64,000 bases of DNA from Vicugna vicugna. Taxonomy: Eukaryota. Below, piece after piece: positions 1 through 13,560 of this stretch. The notes beneath the pieces were generated by a model. The model saw only the letters and a list, made by a program, of their open reading frames with translations. It was not told where the DNA came from and did no database searches. The translations under genes were made by a program, and so were the position numbers. Each line of letters starts with the position of its first letter. Positions within the stretch are counted from its first letter, which is position 1. The stretch spans positions 7,208,295 through 7,272,294 of the forward strand of contig MU058636.1 of the NCBI GenBank assembly GCA_013265495.1. Reading direction: 5' to 3'.

Positions 1-469
1 CTTGTCAGCATTTGGTGGCATCCGTGTTTTGGATTATAGCCATTCTAACAGATATGTATAAGTATCTCATTGTTTTAATTTGCATTATCCTGATAACATA
101 GGAAGTGAAGCATCTTTTCATATGTTTATTTGCCATCTGTATATCTTCTTTGATGAGGTATCTGTTAAGATCTTTGGTTCATTTTTCAATTGGGTTATTT
201 GTTTTTTATGGCTGAGTTTTAAGAGTTCTTCAGATATTTTAGATGAAAGTCCTTTATCAGATGTGTCTTGTGTAAATATTTTCTCCCAGTCTGTTTTTGT
301 CTTCTCATTCTCTTGACATTTGCTTTTTTAGCAAAGCAGAAGTGTTTAATTTTAATGAAGTCTAGCTTATCAATTATTTATTTCATGGCTCATGCCTTTG
401 GTGGTGTATCTAGAGAGTCATTAAAATCCCCAAGGTTATGTAGGTTTTCTCCTGTATTATCTTCTAGGA
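1..469 (-). mobile_element. L1 (L1M-type) ORF2 3' fragment
   Basis: Typical antisense L1 text: atgtttatttgccatctgtatatcttctttgatgagg...tcctttatcagatgtgtcttgtgtaaatattttctccc. Confidence 0.85.
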
Positions 470-477
470 CCAGCTAG

Positions 478-630
478 CTCCTTTGCAGAAAGTGACAACC
501 TGATCCTCAAATTCATATGAAAATTCAAGCTACCCAGAATAGCCAAAACAACTTTGAAAAATAAGAAAAACATTGTAGAACTCATGCTTCCCAACTTTAA
601 AACTTACTACAAAGATAGAATCAAGGCTAA
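478..630 (+). mobile_element. L1 ORF2 fragment, inverted relative to 1-469
   Basis: ctttgcagaaa...ctcaaattcatatgaaaattcaag...aatagccaaaacaactttgaaaa...aaacttactacaaag is sense L1 ORF2. Confidence 0.8.
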
Positions 631-1109
631 GAGTAATCACACACATATACACACACACTTTTTTTAGTCACTGACTCATCACATATTTAAGGAGCACCTA
701 CCACATGCCAGTCTTCCAGACTCTTAAACCTCAGTGCAGAACAAGACAATTTGTCCACTCTGCTTTGAAGAGCACCCTTAATCTCTGAGTCTATAAAGGC
801 ATTATCCTTGGTGTTCTCCCTTGTCAACGTCCATTGAACACCCTCGCGCTTGTCCACACACACAGTTATCTTGTTTCCAGGTCTCTCTGCCCTTGGCAGG
901 GAGGACGCTAAAAGCAGCAGCTCACGCAGAGCACAGTACCAGCACTGGAAGACACTCAGCTCTGGTTTGTGGTTGGATGAACAAGTGAAGGAAAGAATAA
1001 AGGAATGAACAAACCCTACAATGAGTGTTCAGATGCAAGTCATGGTAGAAGAATACTGCTTAAGAAACTCAGTGTCATCTTGTTTGCCCTCAGGTGGTGG
1101 CCAGCTGAC

Positions 1110-2750
1110 TGGTATATTAGTTTTCTGTCTGGACTGGATACAGAAGGAGAAAGAGGGAGGAATCAAATACACTCCCAAGGTTTCTGGTGATGAGCCTGTT
1201 GGTGGCAGGTGGTGCACACACTGTGCCTGGGACCTGCCTGGAGAAGGTCTGTGGGTTTAGCCCATCCTTGGTTAAGGAAATGCCCCCTGCCTGGGATGCT
1301 CAGTTGGGGAGTCTAGGAAGCAGCCAGGTGCCTGGACTGGAGCTCCTAGGAGAGCACTGACTGGGGATGATGACACTTTGGGAGTCGTGGGCCTGCTGGG
1401 GAATAATTAAGCCCCAGGAAAATGAGCTCACAAGCAGAGAGAGGAGGGATGAAAATGGAGCAGAGAAACCTGGACCACACTGAGGTGTCGGTCAGCCGTG
1501 GAAAAACCTGAGGAAGGGCAGCCTCAGAAGAGTTTCAAGGGAGAACAGTCAACAGAACCAACTGGAGCAAGACCAGTAAGACAGAGTTGAAAACGGGCCA
1601 GGATTTGGGCATTTGCTGGGAAGTGGAGGGGGGGCTGGAGGCATAATTCTAAGACTCAGATTGTAGATAGAACATGGGGAAGTGGACACTTGAAGTGTCT
1701 GTCATCCTCTAAGGGAATTCCAATGCCAGCAGGACAGAGGCCTGGTGGTACTTCTTGGAAGCTTAAGGTCAACTGATCATTTGTTTTAAAGCCATGGAGC
1801 TTCCTGAGTATGCTTGTACAACACAGAGCTAGCAGAAAGGAGGTGGTTTGGTAGGACAGGAAATCATTATTAGCAGGAGAGCAGAGGCTTGGGAGGAGAG
1901 AGGGTTTGGAGTCCAGATAGAAGGCAGAATCTCACCCCGGGAGGCCCCAGCTTCCTCTGAGGCCAGAGGGAGGAGGCGAGGGTGCAGAGGGGTGGGTGAG
2001 TTTGAGGATGTGCGGCAGGAGGCTGAGGCGGCTCCCTCCAGGGCTTCCATGTTTTCTCTGAGGCAGCAGGTGAGGCCGTCTCCTGGGGGTGGGAGGGGTG
2101 GCGGGCAGGAGCAGGCAGAAAGGATCTTGAAGGAGTGAGCGGGAGCTTCTCAGGAGAAAGAGGGCTGCTGAGTGGCTTTCAGAGAGCAGCCAACCACGGG
2201 GGCTCTGACTCTGCAGGGAGACCTTGGTCTGCATTTCTCCCACCGTCCCCAGCAGCCCCAGGGAAGGGTTGAGGCTGACGGGTGGGTGAGATGCCCCAGG
2301 TGGGCAGGATGGAGGGAGGGGCGTGAGGAGGCTGAGGTGAGAGTGGCTGAAGTGAGGAGTTGTGGTCTAGGGAGGGACCCTGGGCCGCAGGCTGAGGGAA
2401 CAGGCCCTGGGGAGGAAGGGAGGGAGAGAAGTGAGGGCTTGTGGCCAGTGGGTGGGATGATGGCGTCTGGGGTGTCTTTGAGGAGCTGTTTGGTGATGAC
2501 AAGACCTGGGTGTGGTTGTGGGTGTGAGTGGCCGAATTCTCGGAGACAGGAGGGGTGTAGGAAGTGAAGCAGGGCATTCCGGGACACCAGAGGGGCGGCC
2601 TCACCTCGGAGACCTTAGCTAGAGGCAGCCAAAATTGTGTCCAGCATGTCAGAAGACAGATCCTGCCCGTGGGCGGAGGAGCCAGTAAGATAGAGGGCAG
2701 GGCTGACACAGGAGGAGGGGGGAGGAGGGAGCAGAAGGGGGACTAGGTGA
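1110..2750 (-). mobile_element. Old L2 LINE fragments
   Basis: Purine-rich antisense L2 motifs, e.g. gagaaagagggaggaatcaaa...ccaaggtttctgg and ttttctctgaggcagcaggtgaggcc. Boundaries approximate. Confidence 0.6.
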
Positions 2751-3614
2751 AGGCTCAGAGGTGGGGACAAATAAGCGCTGGCGGGGGAGGGGGGACACTT
2801 CCAAAGGGAAGCAATACCCCCCCCCAGAAGCCCACTGTGGTCTCCAGCCTTGCTTCTGAAATGTGAGCTCAGCACACACCTCTGTTAAAGAGAGAGGACG
2901 CTGCTGGAGCCCCAGTGTTCAGTGTAAAGAGGTAACGAAACTCCTGCTTACAAATATTTCAGACTTAACAGTTTTTAACTAAGATAAATCAAAGTCCTCA
3001 TATGCATTTTATTCCCATGATGTGACTGATAAGGGTGGTGCGCTGAAACTAAATCATTAGTTTTGTCATGAATATGGTCCAGTGTGCCGCAGTGCAGTTT
3101 CTTCTTACTTTTGTTCTGGCCCTTTGTCCTTGTGATGATTCGAATTCTTCTGCCACTAGTTGCTGTTTGATGTACGTGAACCCTTTGTGCGATGAGTTCC
3201 AAAGGCACCTGGTTTCCACGTGATGGAGGTGAAACTTAAGTATGTGGGAAATATGGAGCAGGTTACAGCTCTCAGATGAGCCTCTCATGCATGGATTTGC
3301 TCCTGTGGCAGAGCACAGCTTTGCCCAAGGTTATACCTCCTTCCGGGGTCAGCCCACAGCTAGTGACACAGTCAGTTTGGGAGGATAAAGCCTCAGCCAG
3401 CTCCCATCAATGTGGGGCAATTCTGAAGGACCATCCTAGCTCCAGAGCTCCCTGGAGCATTGGCTGAGGTCTTTGTGGCAGCTACATCACAGTTGAACTT
3501 CTTTCTCTGCCCAGTGCTGCTGGCTTCTCCCCGTCATGGGTGTTGATCCTGAGAACAACCCCCCTGCCCCCTGATCCTTCCCACCAGAAACTTCCTGCAT
3601 GCCAGTCTCCATCT

Positions 3615-3793
3615 CAGTTTGCCAGGTGTAGCAAATGCAATTATAAGACACCCAGGTAAATTTGAATTTTAGATAAACAATGCATAATTTTTTAGTATAA
3701 GTACATCCCCAATATTGCATGGGATATACTTATACTAAAAAACTATGCATTGTTTTTCTGAAATTTTCAAATATTTTTTGTCTGACAAAGCTG
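3615..3793. mobile_element. MER53-like palindromic hAT MITE
   Basis: ttgccag...aaatttgaattttagataaacaa...ttttttagtataagta...gggatatacttatactaaaaaa...tctgacaa matches the recalled MER53 consensus and contains a long internal inverted repeat. Confidence 0.85.
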
Positions 3794-5079
3794 CTTCTTA
3801 AGGGAGCCAAGCCTGAGTTAACAGAATGAACATTCATGGCCCTCACAGGTTGTGGAAGGGGAGCCTAGTTGTTTCTGTGCTGTGAAGGAACACAGAGGTG
3901 ATTGAAGGCACAAGAGCCAAGGGCGTTTCAAGGTCAGTGGGACACCCCATCTGGAGAACGGATGGGAAACAGGCGTTACTGATGAGGCCGGATGAGTCTC
4001 AGGGGTGGAGGTGAAACTGAACAGCTCTCCAGGAAGAACCCCCATACTGCCTACCTGGAGGTAACCACCACAGCAAGGCTGCCCACAGAGCACACAGAAC
4101 CAGACTGAGTCGTATGAGGCCGGGGGGCGTCCCTGTGACAGTCACCAGGGGAGGCTCTGCCTCCTTCCTGCCCTGGCTGTGGGAGAGCCAGCTCTTACTG
4201 GAGAGGAGGAGTTTCAGAGCCAGATCATACCCCTCTGCCACTTCAAAGCCATAACAGTCTCAGATCAAGAATGAAGACATTTTAATGATAAAGACTGAAT
4301 CTTAAATGCCAAAATTAAACTGTTTTAGTAACCAAGAATGAGGGAAACTTACGGAATCTGGTCAAAATGGTGTGATGAAGAGACCTGGCCCTTAGTGAGA
4401 AAGGAGGGTTCAGTATGGACCTTATCAATAGGAAGTTATTGGAAGGAATAAAGTCATTTCATTCTTATACCCAGTGAGTCATATCTCTAATAAATCAATT
4501 ATTATTATTATTACACCAAAGGGCTTTTAATCCTGAGAATCTCAGCCTTCTAATGTCCTGAGCAAAGATGTCTGTTACTAACTCTTACCAGAGAAAGAAG
4601 AGAAATGGTTGTAGCTTGGGAAAAATCATGGGACCTACTCCCCATTCAGCCCACCCCGTCCTCCTGGCTCTTGGCCTCTTCCCACTGCACTCACTCTGGG
4701 GAGGCCCTTTGTTCCCAGAAATACATTCGGGTCTTCCTATAGAGCTTCCCTCAATTCTATGACTTCTTCACGCTCTTCTTCCTTCCCTCCCAGCCCCCCA
4801 ACTCTGCACGTCATGGTGGTGCACAGTATAGCCAGTGGGGCTGTCTTGGGGGACACTGATGACTCGGTTGGTTCGTGCCCTTGTTTACTGGTCTGGATCC
4901 TCCTTGACCACTTGGCAACACCTGAAGCAGCTGCCCGTGGACATTTTCTCCAGAGTCCTTCCTCTTCTGGAGTGTAAAGGATCTCCTACCTCTGAATATT
5001 CCCTATCTCTATTGGTAACCTACTTCTTTCTGCCTTGGGAAGGGCCTCATTTCGCAGAAGTTCCGTTCTCAGCGTCTCA

Positions 5080-5620
5080 GCATCCTTGTCAACACCTGTT
5101 ATTGTATCTCTCTTTTCTTTTAGCCATCCTAGTGCATATGAAAGAGTATCTCATTGTGACTTTTATTTGCATTTTCTAATGACTAATAATGTTGCCCATC
5201 CTTCTTATGTACTTACTGGTACTTGGATATCTTCTATGGAGAAATGTCTATTAGAATGATTTGCCCACTTTTTCATCAGGTTACATTTCTTTATTTTTGA
5301 GTGTAAGAATTACATAGATAGTCTAGATACAAATTTCTTATCAGATATATGATTTACAAATATGGAGCCTTTTTTGACTGGCTTCTTTCACTTCTTTCAG
5401 CTTTTGAATGATGTTGAGATTCACCCATGTGTTTCGTGCATAGCAGTTGTTCCTTTTTTATTGCTGAATAATACTCCACTACACAGCTGTTCCTGGTCCA
5501 CATATCTGTTCACTACCTGACAACTGGGTTATTTCTAGTTCTTAGCAATTATACAAATATTAGCATAGACATCCTTCTACAGCTACATATTCTTATTTTT
5601 CTTGGGTTAATACTTACCTT
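5080..5620 (-). mobile_element. L1M fragments
   Basis: catccttgtcaacacctgttattg...tttagccatcctagtg...ggagaaatgtctatt and ttgagattcacccatg...ttgctgaataatactcc. Confidence 0.8.
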
Positions 5621-5752
5621 TTGAATTTAACCTCTGGCTGTATGAGCCTTGCTAAAATTCAGGAGTTCTAGTATAAAGATAGAAAAGAATAGATGCATAG
5701 GACAACTAGCAGGTTCTGCAATAATCACCCATACAAAACCCTGTCTTCTGTT

Positions 5753-6300
5753 GTACCAGTCAGGGTTCAACCAGGCAAGGAGAAACAATAGGACAGATGG
5801 ACACACACACACACACACACGCACACACACACGAGACTTTAAGTACTTTTGCAAAATCCCTTCTCAGCAGCACCTGTGTTAGTGTTTGAATAACTGGGAG
5901 AAGGTGTGTGTGTGCTACAAAATGGCTGTTGCTTCTCTTCTGTCCCCCAGGCCCCAAGAGAATATCCCTTATAGCCCACCCTGTCTGAAAACATACTGGG
6001 AAGGGAATTCTAGGAAATGCAGTTCAGAGAAGTTCACCACAAAGCCATCACACCTGCGGCTGCAAATTAACAAGTCGCCGTAAAAGTCTCTAATTGGTCC
6101 AGTTCAGGCCACATGACCACCCCAAGCCCAACCTCTGCCACACAGGGAAGGGGCAGAAAATCAAGCCTGAATGTCATGCCCATCTCTTGACTAGGAGGCT
6201 AGGAACCTGTGATGGGTAGCCCCACGGCATCACATGGTTGGGCTGGGGAAGGAACAGATGCCCAAAGGAATGGGGGTGCTGTAAAACCAGCACAGCCCAT
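5753..6300. mobile_element. MLT-type LTR fragments with embedded (CA)n at 5801-5832
   Basis: tgtaccagtcagggttcaaccag..., gggaattctaggaaatgcagttc, aattggtccagttcaggccacatgaccacccc. Confidence 0.5.
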
Positions 6301-7239
6301 TTCTACATCCTGGACACCCCATAGGACGGAGCATCGTGCCTACCCCTTAGAAGGCACAGCTGAAAGCCGAAGGAAGGACCAGAGTGGGACACACAGGTGA
6401 CACTAACTCAACTGCTTGTCCAGTAGCTCCTTTGGCTGGGCCTGGCTGAGACCCAAGAGAAGGGCAAGCCTGCCCCTGCAACTCCCACACAGGTTCCCGC
6501 ACATCAGGACTGGCTTCTCAGCAGGTTAGTGCCTTTCCAATTTTCTGAAACAGTTGTTGTTTTTTCAAGACATATTACATATCTGCACAGCAGCACTACT
6601 GCTTGTTCACACTGTTTCCTCTGGAAGTCTCTGGCAAACACCATCTGGCTTCAGGGAGGGGACTGACTGTGGGTCTGGTGTTGCTCCACCGCCTTCTCCT
6701 CCCCCCAGGGCTTTAACCTCTCCGTAAGGCCCCTGAGGAGAAGGCCCTCCATGTCTTGGGGTCCCATTCAGCCAAAGCAGCAAGTTAGTCCCTGTGGCAT
6801 CATCCCGCTGCTAAATCTAGGCCAGCGGAAATGGTGCTTAGCTGCTCCTCTGGTGGACTCATCAAAGTTTCATGATCCTTTTCATCAGAGCAGTTCCAGC
6901 AGGAAGGGAGCTGTCGCTGTAGATTCATCGCGGTCTCATCCCCTACAATGCTGTAAACTCCCTGGCAGGAGAAGTAATATCTGATTCCTGTCTGTGTGTG
7001 TCCTCACCGCCTGATTCTAAGGCGAATGTTTGCTGGTGATTAATGAATGAAGGAGGGGGATGAATGAGAGAGCAGGAGGGGCCGTCTTCGTGTCCTCTTG
7101 GGCAGGGTCAACAACTGAGCTGAATTAGAAGCCATAAAGGGCTATCCCAGTGCAAGGCAGGGCTGATAGTCCTACATTCTCCTTCATCCTTTCTTCCCTT
7201 GCCCCCCTTGGAGTTGTAATTACGTACCATACACACCAT

Positions 7240-7690
7240 TCATTCTGCCTGCCTCTCCTAGACTGTAAGCTCCGTAGGCATGCGGACTGGGCCTGTTTTC
7301 CTCACCTGGCACTCAATAGGCACTCCGTGGAGATGTGTTAAATAAACGAATGTATTTGTCACGTCATCTGGTGAGCATATTTGATTCAAAATATCAGAGC
7401 TTTCTAGGAAGACAAATGATCTCTGCTATAATCTCATTCCGTTTAAATGCTAGTTCTGATTTCCCCCCAGACTTTAAGTAGGTAGTGTTTATTGAGTTCC
7501 TGCTACATGCCAGGCATTTTTCTACACTCTTACTTGTATACTTTTTAAAAGGCTCACAGCATCTCTGTGAAGGAGGCACTAGGCTCATGCTCATTCTACA
7601 GCAAAGGAAACAAAAGCACAGTGAGTGTAAGTACTTGCCCATTGATACATGGTGGAGCCACTGGGTAATGAAAGGCATCTGCCCCATACT
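7240..7690. mobile_element. L2 3' end plus MIR
   Basis: ctagactgtaagctcc...cctggcactcaataggcactc and tttattgagttcctgctacatgccaggca...aagtacttgccca. Confidence 0.65.
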
Positions 7691-7889
7691 TTGTGTCTAG
7701 ACCAACTAAGCGGTGAACTGACCAACCTCAAGGCCTTGGAAGGTGGGACGGAGCCCAGAGTTGAGCTGACTCTTCTTAAAATTCATCACCTTTATATTTT
7801 ACTTCTTGTAGGAACTATCCAGCACCATTCTTAAACTCCTCTCTTTTTCGAAACTGTTTCTATGTATACTTGACAAATGCCTGGCTTTC

Positions 7890-8440
7890 CCACCCTTAGG
7901 TATTTACCACAATTTACCCCAAATAAATGAAAACATATGATTTCACAAAGATCTGTAAACAAATACTCATAGCAGCTTGACTCTTAGTAGCTAAGAACTG
8001 GAAACAACCTAAATATTCACCTACTGGGGAATGGATATACAAAATGTAATATAACCACATTAAAGGAATATTACTCAGCAGTAAAAAGAAATGAACTCCT
8101 GGTACCTGCAGCAACATGGATGGGTCTGAAAGGCATTTTGCTCAATGAAATAAACCAGACACAAAAGACTATATACAGTGTATGATTGCATTTGTATGGC
8201 ATTCTAGGAAAAGTAGAACTATAAAGAAGGAAAACAGATCTGTGATTGTCAGGGGGCAGGGGATGTAGATGGGGAGGGGTTCACTGCAAAGGGACAGAAA
8301 ACTTTTTGGGTAGAAGAAGTGGAAACTTGATCGTGGTGATTACACAACTGTACGTATTTGTCATCCAATCGTACACTAAACAGAGAGTAAAGTTTATTGC
8401 ATATAAATCGTACCTCCAGAAGCCTGATTTGTTTAAAAAG
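7890..8440 (+). mobile_element. L1MC/ME 3' end
   Basis: aaatgaaaacatatg...aactggaaacaacctaaat...caacatggatgggtctgaaaggcattttgctcaatgaaataaaccagacacaaaag. Confidence 0.85.
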
Positions 8441-9959
8441 CGACATTTTTCCTTTTATTCCTGTATGATAAAACTGTTTTTTCTATCCATTTTTTTTAAA
8501 TTCAAGTGACAGCATCATTCTTAAAATAATTTAAAAACAACAGTAGGAAAACCCAGCTTGAAATGTGGGAACTAGACACATCCCATTGGGCAAACTAAGC
8601 AAAGCTCCTTTTTCCATAACAGCGAGAATAGCTCCTCTGTCCAAGGGGCAGGGGCAGCTTGGGAAAGCGTTTAATCCAGGGGTGTGTTCCTGCGGCTTTG
8701 TGTTAATCAGAGTCCATGTGACTGCACTGACCTTTGTCCTTCTTCTGGTGGAATTGCCAACGCTTGGGGAAAACTTGTTTGCTTTTAGTGAGTGCCGCAG
8801 GGTGCAAGGTAAACTGTGTTCACCCCAGGATTCAGACAGGCCTGGGAAAACAGAGGGAAGGATATAGGGTCGGTGCAGGGATGGCGGGTCAGTGTCAGGA
8901 GCTAAGCTAAGCGACAGCAAGTGTGATGTCCCGGCTGAGCCCCACCCCCCGAACCCCAGCCTTCCCTCTCAGGGGCTGGTGTCACGGCCCCGGGCCTCAG
9001 AGGCAGGAACACAAATAAATAGAAGAGCTCTTTCATTAAAATCTCTGTAAGATGTGGCGAGTTCTGGGCACAGTCTTCTGTGACCCCTGGAACAGAGGAG
9101 GCCACGTGTTAAAGACAAGATTGCCCCTGAGGCCAGTCTCTGGAGCGGGACAGGGACAGGGCAGCTGAGGGTCAGCCAGGGCAGCCTCCAGCTGGAGGGC
9201 GATGTCAGGCCACAGCAGCAGCAGCAGCTTTGCAGGTTCGGAGACTGAAGTTGCGAGGGGAGAACTGGGGCGGCAGGGAGCTGGTGCGAACATGAGGTAG
9301 CAAGTCTGCTAGAGGCTCGCAGGCCTGATGATCACGGAGCTGGGGAGGGGGGGCACTGAGACAGGCTGGGGTTCCTGCAAAGAGGGTAGGTCCACAGTTA
9401 AAGAAAAATTGCTCTCTTACTCATGTAATTACTCCCCGTACCCCTCCCCGTGGCCTCCAGCTGGCGGGTGGCTGGAGATAGCACAGTTCATGGACATCAC
9501 TTTAAAACTGCTGGATTCGATGCTGTACAACATGGTTGTGCAACCACATTCCTCCTTTTCTACAATTCCCACCTGCATTATTCACAAATCTCCTTAAAGT
9601 TATCGCCTCTGTGTGCATTTCCCGGGAGCTCTGGTGCATAGCCACTGAATTAGCATCCAGACCTGCTTAATTAATAAAACAAATCTGCATACATCTATAA
9701 TCCTTCCATTTAATTATGGCATTTCTCCCATTCCTACATGGAATTCAGCCTGTTAGCATGGAAAAAACAAAAACAAAACAAAAACCATGGTGCATCAGAT
9801 GATTATCTTGCCCTTAAAAATATATATTTTTTCTAAATTCAACTTGTTTTGACTGACACCTTTTGGTCATTGTTTTTCCTGAATTGTGCTTGCTCTGGTT
9901 GGTAACTAAGAAGCCCCCAGCTTGGCACAAAATGAAACCTAAGACTTGTTGAAATAATT

Positions 9960-10320
9960 GTGACCTCGGATCTGTTGCGTGATCGATCTCTCCCTCAGCC
10001 TTAATTTTGCCATCTTTAAATGAAGGTAATAATACCACGTTTGCAGGACCAAGGTGAGGATTAGATGTACTACGTGCAAAACACGCAATATATTGCAGCT
10101 ATAAAGGAAATTTAGCATCTTATTCATCGCACAAATGCTGGGAGGAAATAAAGACCCATCTTTTAATCCCAGATCCCACTAAATTGTTGACTGAACTTGA
10201 CAAAAATCCTTTAACCTTTCTCTCTTCGTAGAGATACTAATACTGGTGCCCGCAGGATTTTTGCAAACATTAAATGAGATGCTGCAGTGAAAGGCAGGTT
10301 AAAAAGTAGGAATGGTTATT
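9960..10320 (+). mobile_element. Two MIR fragments
   Basis: ccttaattttgccatctttaaatgaaggtaataatacc...gtgaggattagatg and ttgcaaacattaaatgagatg. Confidence 0.55.
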
Positions 10321-13300
10321 CCATTTCTATAGCTTTGGGATCACTGTTCTTCCTAAAGAGCTAACCAAACTTTCCTTGCCCTGGGAACTAACCCTTCCTT
10401 GGCTATGGAATCAATGCAGGTTTCTATCAGAGCTCACTTTGTACCTTTCAGGTATAGTTCGCCTTGTACATTTCAGATATAGCTCACCTGTACATTCGTC
10501 TCAATTCAGCCCGAGTTCAGCGGGAGCATTCCCAACCCCAGTTGAGGCTCTCATTGGGGATCTTACGTCACTTCTGAGAAAAAGAATCATGCCTGTGTCC
10601 AGACATAAATGTTGCTGTCCCCTTTTTTTTTCCCTAATTTTTTTCCCCTAGGAATTGCTGAACAAGTTCCCTTTTCTGCACTTCAGTCTATTGGGAACAG
10701 CACTGTATTTATTTATTTATTTTGCTCATCCACGCTCATTGGAGGCAGTTTTCCCCTCCTCATTTTTCGGAGCTGTCACCCTTTGTAGATCATTCTTATT
10801 AAGCATTAACTTGCTGAATGGATGAGCGGCACTTGGGAGCAGCTCTGGAATATTGCAAAACATAAAGCAGTCAGTGCAAACATCTGCAAAACTTGGCAAT
10901 TACTGTGGTTTCAATGAGCTCGGGGCCAAGCCCTTGACAGGACTTGAGGTCCTCGGAGAATGCTGCACAGGGAAGATTTATTTGGGGAAAGGACGAGAAA
11001 TGTCACTTCGCCCTTCAGGTAGGAGGTAGACTTGGTCAGCATTTGCAAGCATGAGTCATGGTCTGATCTTAGCCCTCACGGTGTTGTCTAAACTGCCCTC
11101 ACCCTCATTCCAAGCCCTGGTAGTGACTTTGAGAGAAGCTTATAACCCAGGGGCCTCCCTTGAGCGGTGGGGGAGCAGGCAGCCCTCTGAGCTGTGTTTT
11201 GGATCTCTGGGTTCCACTGACAGTCTTTCCCACCACCTCTGGGACCAGTGTCCTAGAGATGTTTGCACCCCGCCCTCCACATCTCTCTGAAGGGCTCTGG
11301 GCTCCAGCTTTGGTGCCTCCTCTGAGGGCCCCCAGCCTTCTCACAGAGGCCCTTACTGGAAAAAAAAGAGCCAGTCTCCCCAGCCAGCAGCTGTCATGAC
11401 CTGGGGGGCGTGCCTCCTGTCCCCGCCCACACGCAGTGAGGTTTCAGCAGGTGCGATGGTGCAGCCTCCCTTCTCGAGTCTCCAGCAGAGGACACGGATT
11501 GCTTTCTTGTTTTCAGAGTGTGGCTCTTGCTCTTGATGTTTTGCATCCTCATCACGGCAGGGAGAGTAACCAGGCCTCTTTCTTAGCGATGATTCTTACT
11601 AACTCCAGGGTTTGGGACCCAAAGTGATGCTGTTTGGGGTTCATGAAGTGGATGTTGGTATTTAGGGCTTCTTTCCCTGGTCATATGAAGGCAAAGTTTC
11701 ATGGTTCTAAAATCATTTTCTTCTCACGTTTGGACCTTGATGTTGTTGGATCCCCTTTTGAGATCATTGATAAAAAAAATATCACCACAAGTTTCCAGTA
11801 TTTACTTCAAAGCCAAGGACGGGTCTCTGTATCATATAAAGTCCAGTGTGCATTGAATGGCCAGTATTCGGCCATTATGGCTGAGCCACGTGAGGACTTT
11901 GAGAGCCCCAGGCACTTTTGCTTCCATGGGCTCCTACCTCTAGAAAAGTAAATAAACATACAGGGTTGTTTATGCCTGTGTTGGCATAAGACAAGTGTAA
12001 TCCAAGCTGGGCTCATGATTATTATTCTTTTTCTTTTTCTGATTTTAAAAGAAAAGTAAAAATAGTTTGGGGGCCCCGAAAAGTATCACGGGTCCCAGGT
12101 ACCCTTCCTGCTGTGCTCAGTGGAGGAGTCAGCCCTGTGCTGAGCCCACCGGGGGCTTCCCGTGGGTCTTGGTGGCCTTGCAACCGGTCTGGTACCCAGA
12201 GGACTCTCATTACCTGCCCTGTGGCCCAGGGCTGGGTGTGGTGGCTTCTCTCTGCCTCCCTCCCCCTCCTTCCACACAAAAATCAGACTATCCTAAGGCG
12301 AGGGATCACGTCTTACTCATCTTTGAATGCCACCCTCACTCCCACACTCTTTATTCAACAGCAGTCTGTGGAATTGAATTGAAGTTCTAAGATAATATTT
12401 CACGGGCACATGGTGAAGACAGAGGGTTAGGAAGTCAGCCATTAATGACACTGACTAGATGCCAGGTGTGGACCGTGCTCTGGGACAGTCCAAGAGACCA
12501 GTGGTGGTGCCCGTTCACCTAACTGTTCCCAACAGAGTAGTGGAGACACGTAAGGAACAAACCTATTATCTGATCAAGCCGTGTGGCCCCTTGGCTGGGA
12601 GTGCAAACTCAGAGTCCTTCAGGCTGAACTTGACCCCCCAGCCTGCCTGCTAGTCAGCTCCAAGGCCTTAGAGGACCTTTTACAAGGTTTTCTCACTTTT
12701 GCCTTGGGTGATAATCATAACAGCAACTTCATTCAGAGAGAAAACGTACATGAAGATGTGAGGATATCACGTGGCCAGGAACACAGCATGTTCGATGTGT
12801 TAGTTCTTATCCGTGGCGGTCTTGTCCTATATCCGTGTTGAATTGTCACCTACATCTTAATGGCTCCATCCCCAGCTCCAGAAATTTCCACCAGTCCATC
12901 CACTAAAACGGTGCATGTTCAAAACTAAACTCCTTTTCTTACATTGAAACACATGTTCTGTGTCCTTTTCTCTGGTACTGTAAGCTCATTGAGGGCAGGT
13001 CTGTTTGTGCCTTTCAGCTTTGGTGTCCCAGGGCCCAGGCAGTTCCACTCATGGGAGGCATGGAACTGTTACCCAGCGACGTTCCCAAGTGGCTGCAGCC
13101 CGGGACATATGTAGCGGTTGACTGACCCAGAGAAGCGTGGCGGAGTTGGGGCTCATGGGGGGATCTCCAACAAGCTACATCACACCCACTCTGCTGCCTC
13201 AGAGCAGGGCTGAGATTTACCGTTAGAGAGAGAGGCACAGGGTTGGAGGAGCACAAGTAACTGTGGGGGCAAACCTCTTGCAGAGCACATAACAGAGCCA

Positions 13301-13560
13301 CACTGAGCCAGCAGATGAAAGACTGTTCTGAAAGTGAACTTGAATGCTGTTCACGCAGGGATGAAAACTAAGAACACTTCAATGTGGTAGGAGAACATTC
13401 TTGAGATTTTAACAGAGATATTAAATGTGTTTAATATTTTAAACACTTAGAAAACAATCTCTCTCCTGGTGATCCCTCTTCTTCCCTCACGTCCCCTCAT
13501 CTGCATTGCCTGGGGGGATGGGGCGGGGTGGGTGGCACAGCTGCAAAAATATCAAAGCCA

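Noticed and set aside
1829..2879. Cluster of overlapping 100-176-aa ORFs
   Set aside because: GC/purine-rich decayed L2 sequence with few stop codons; not genes.
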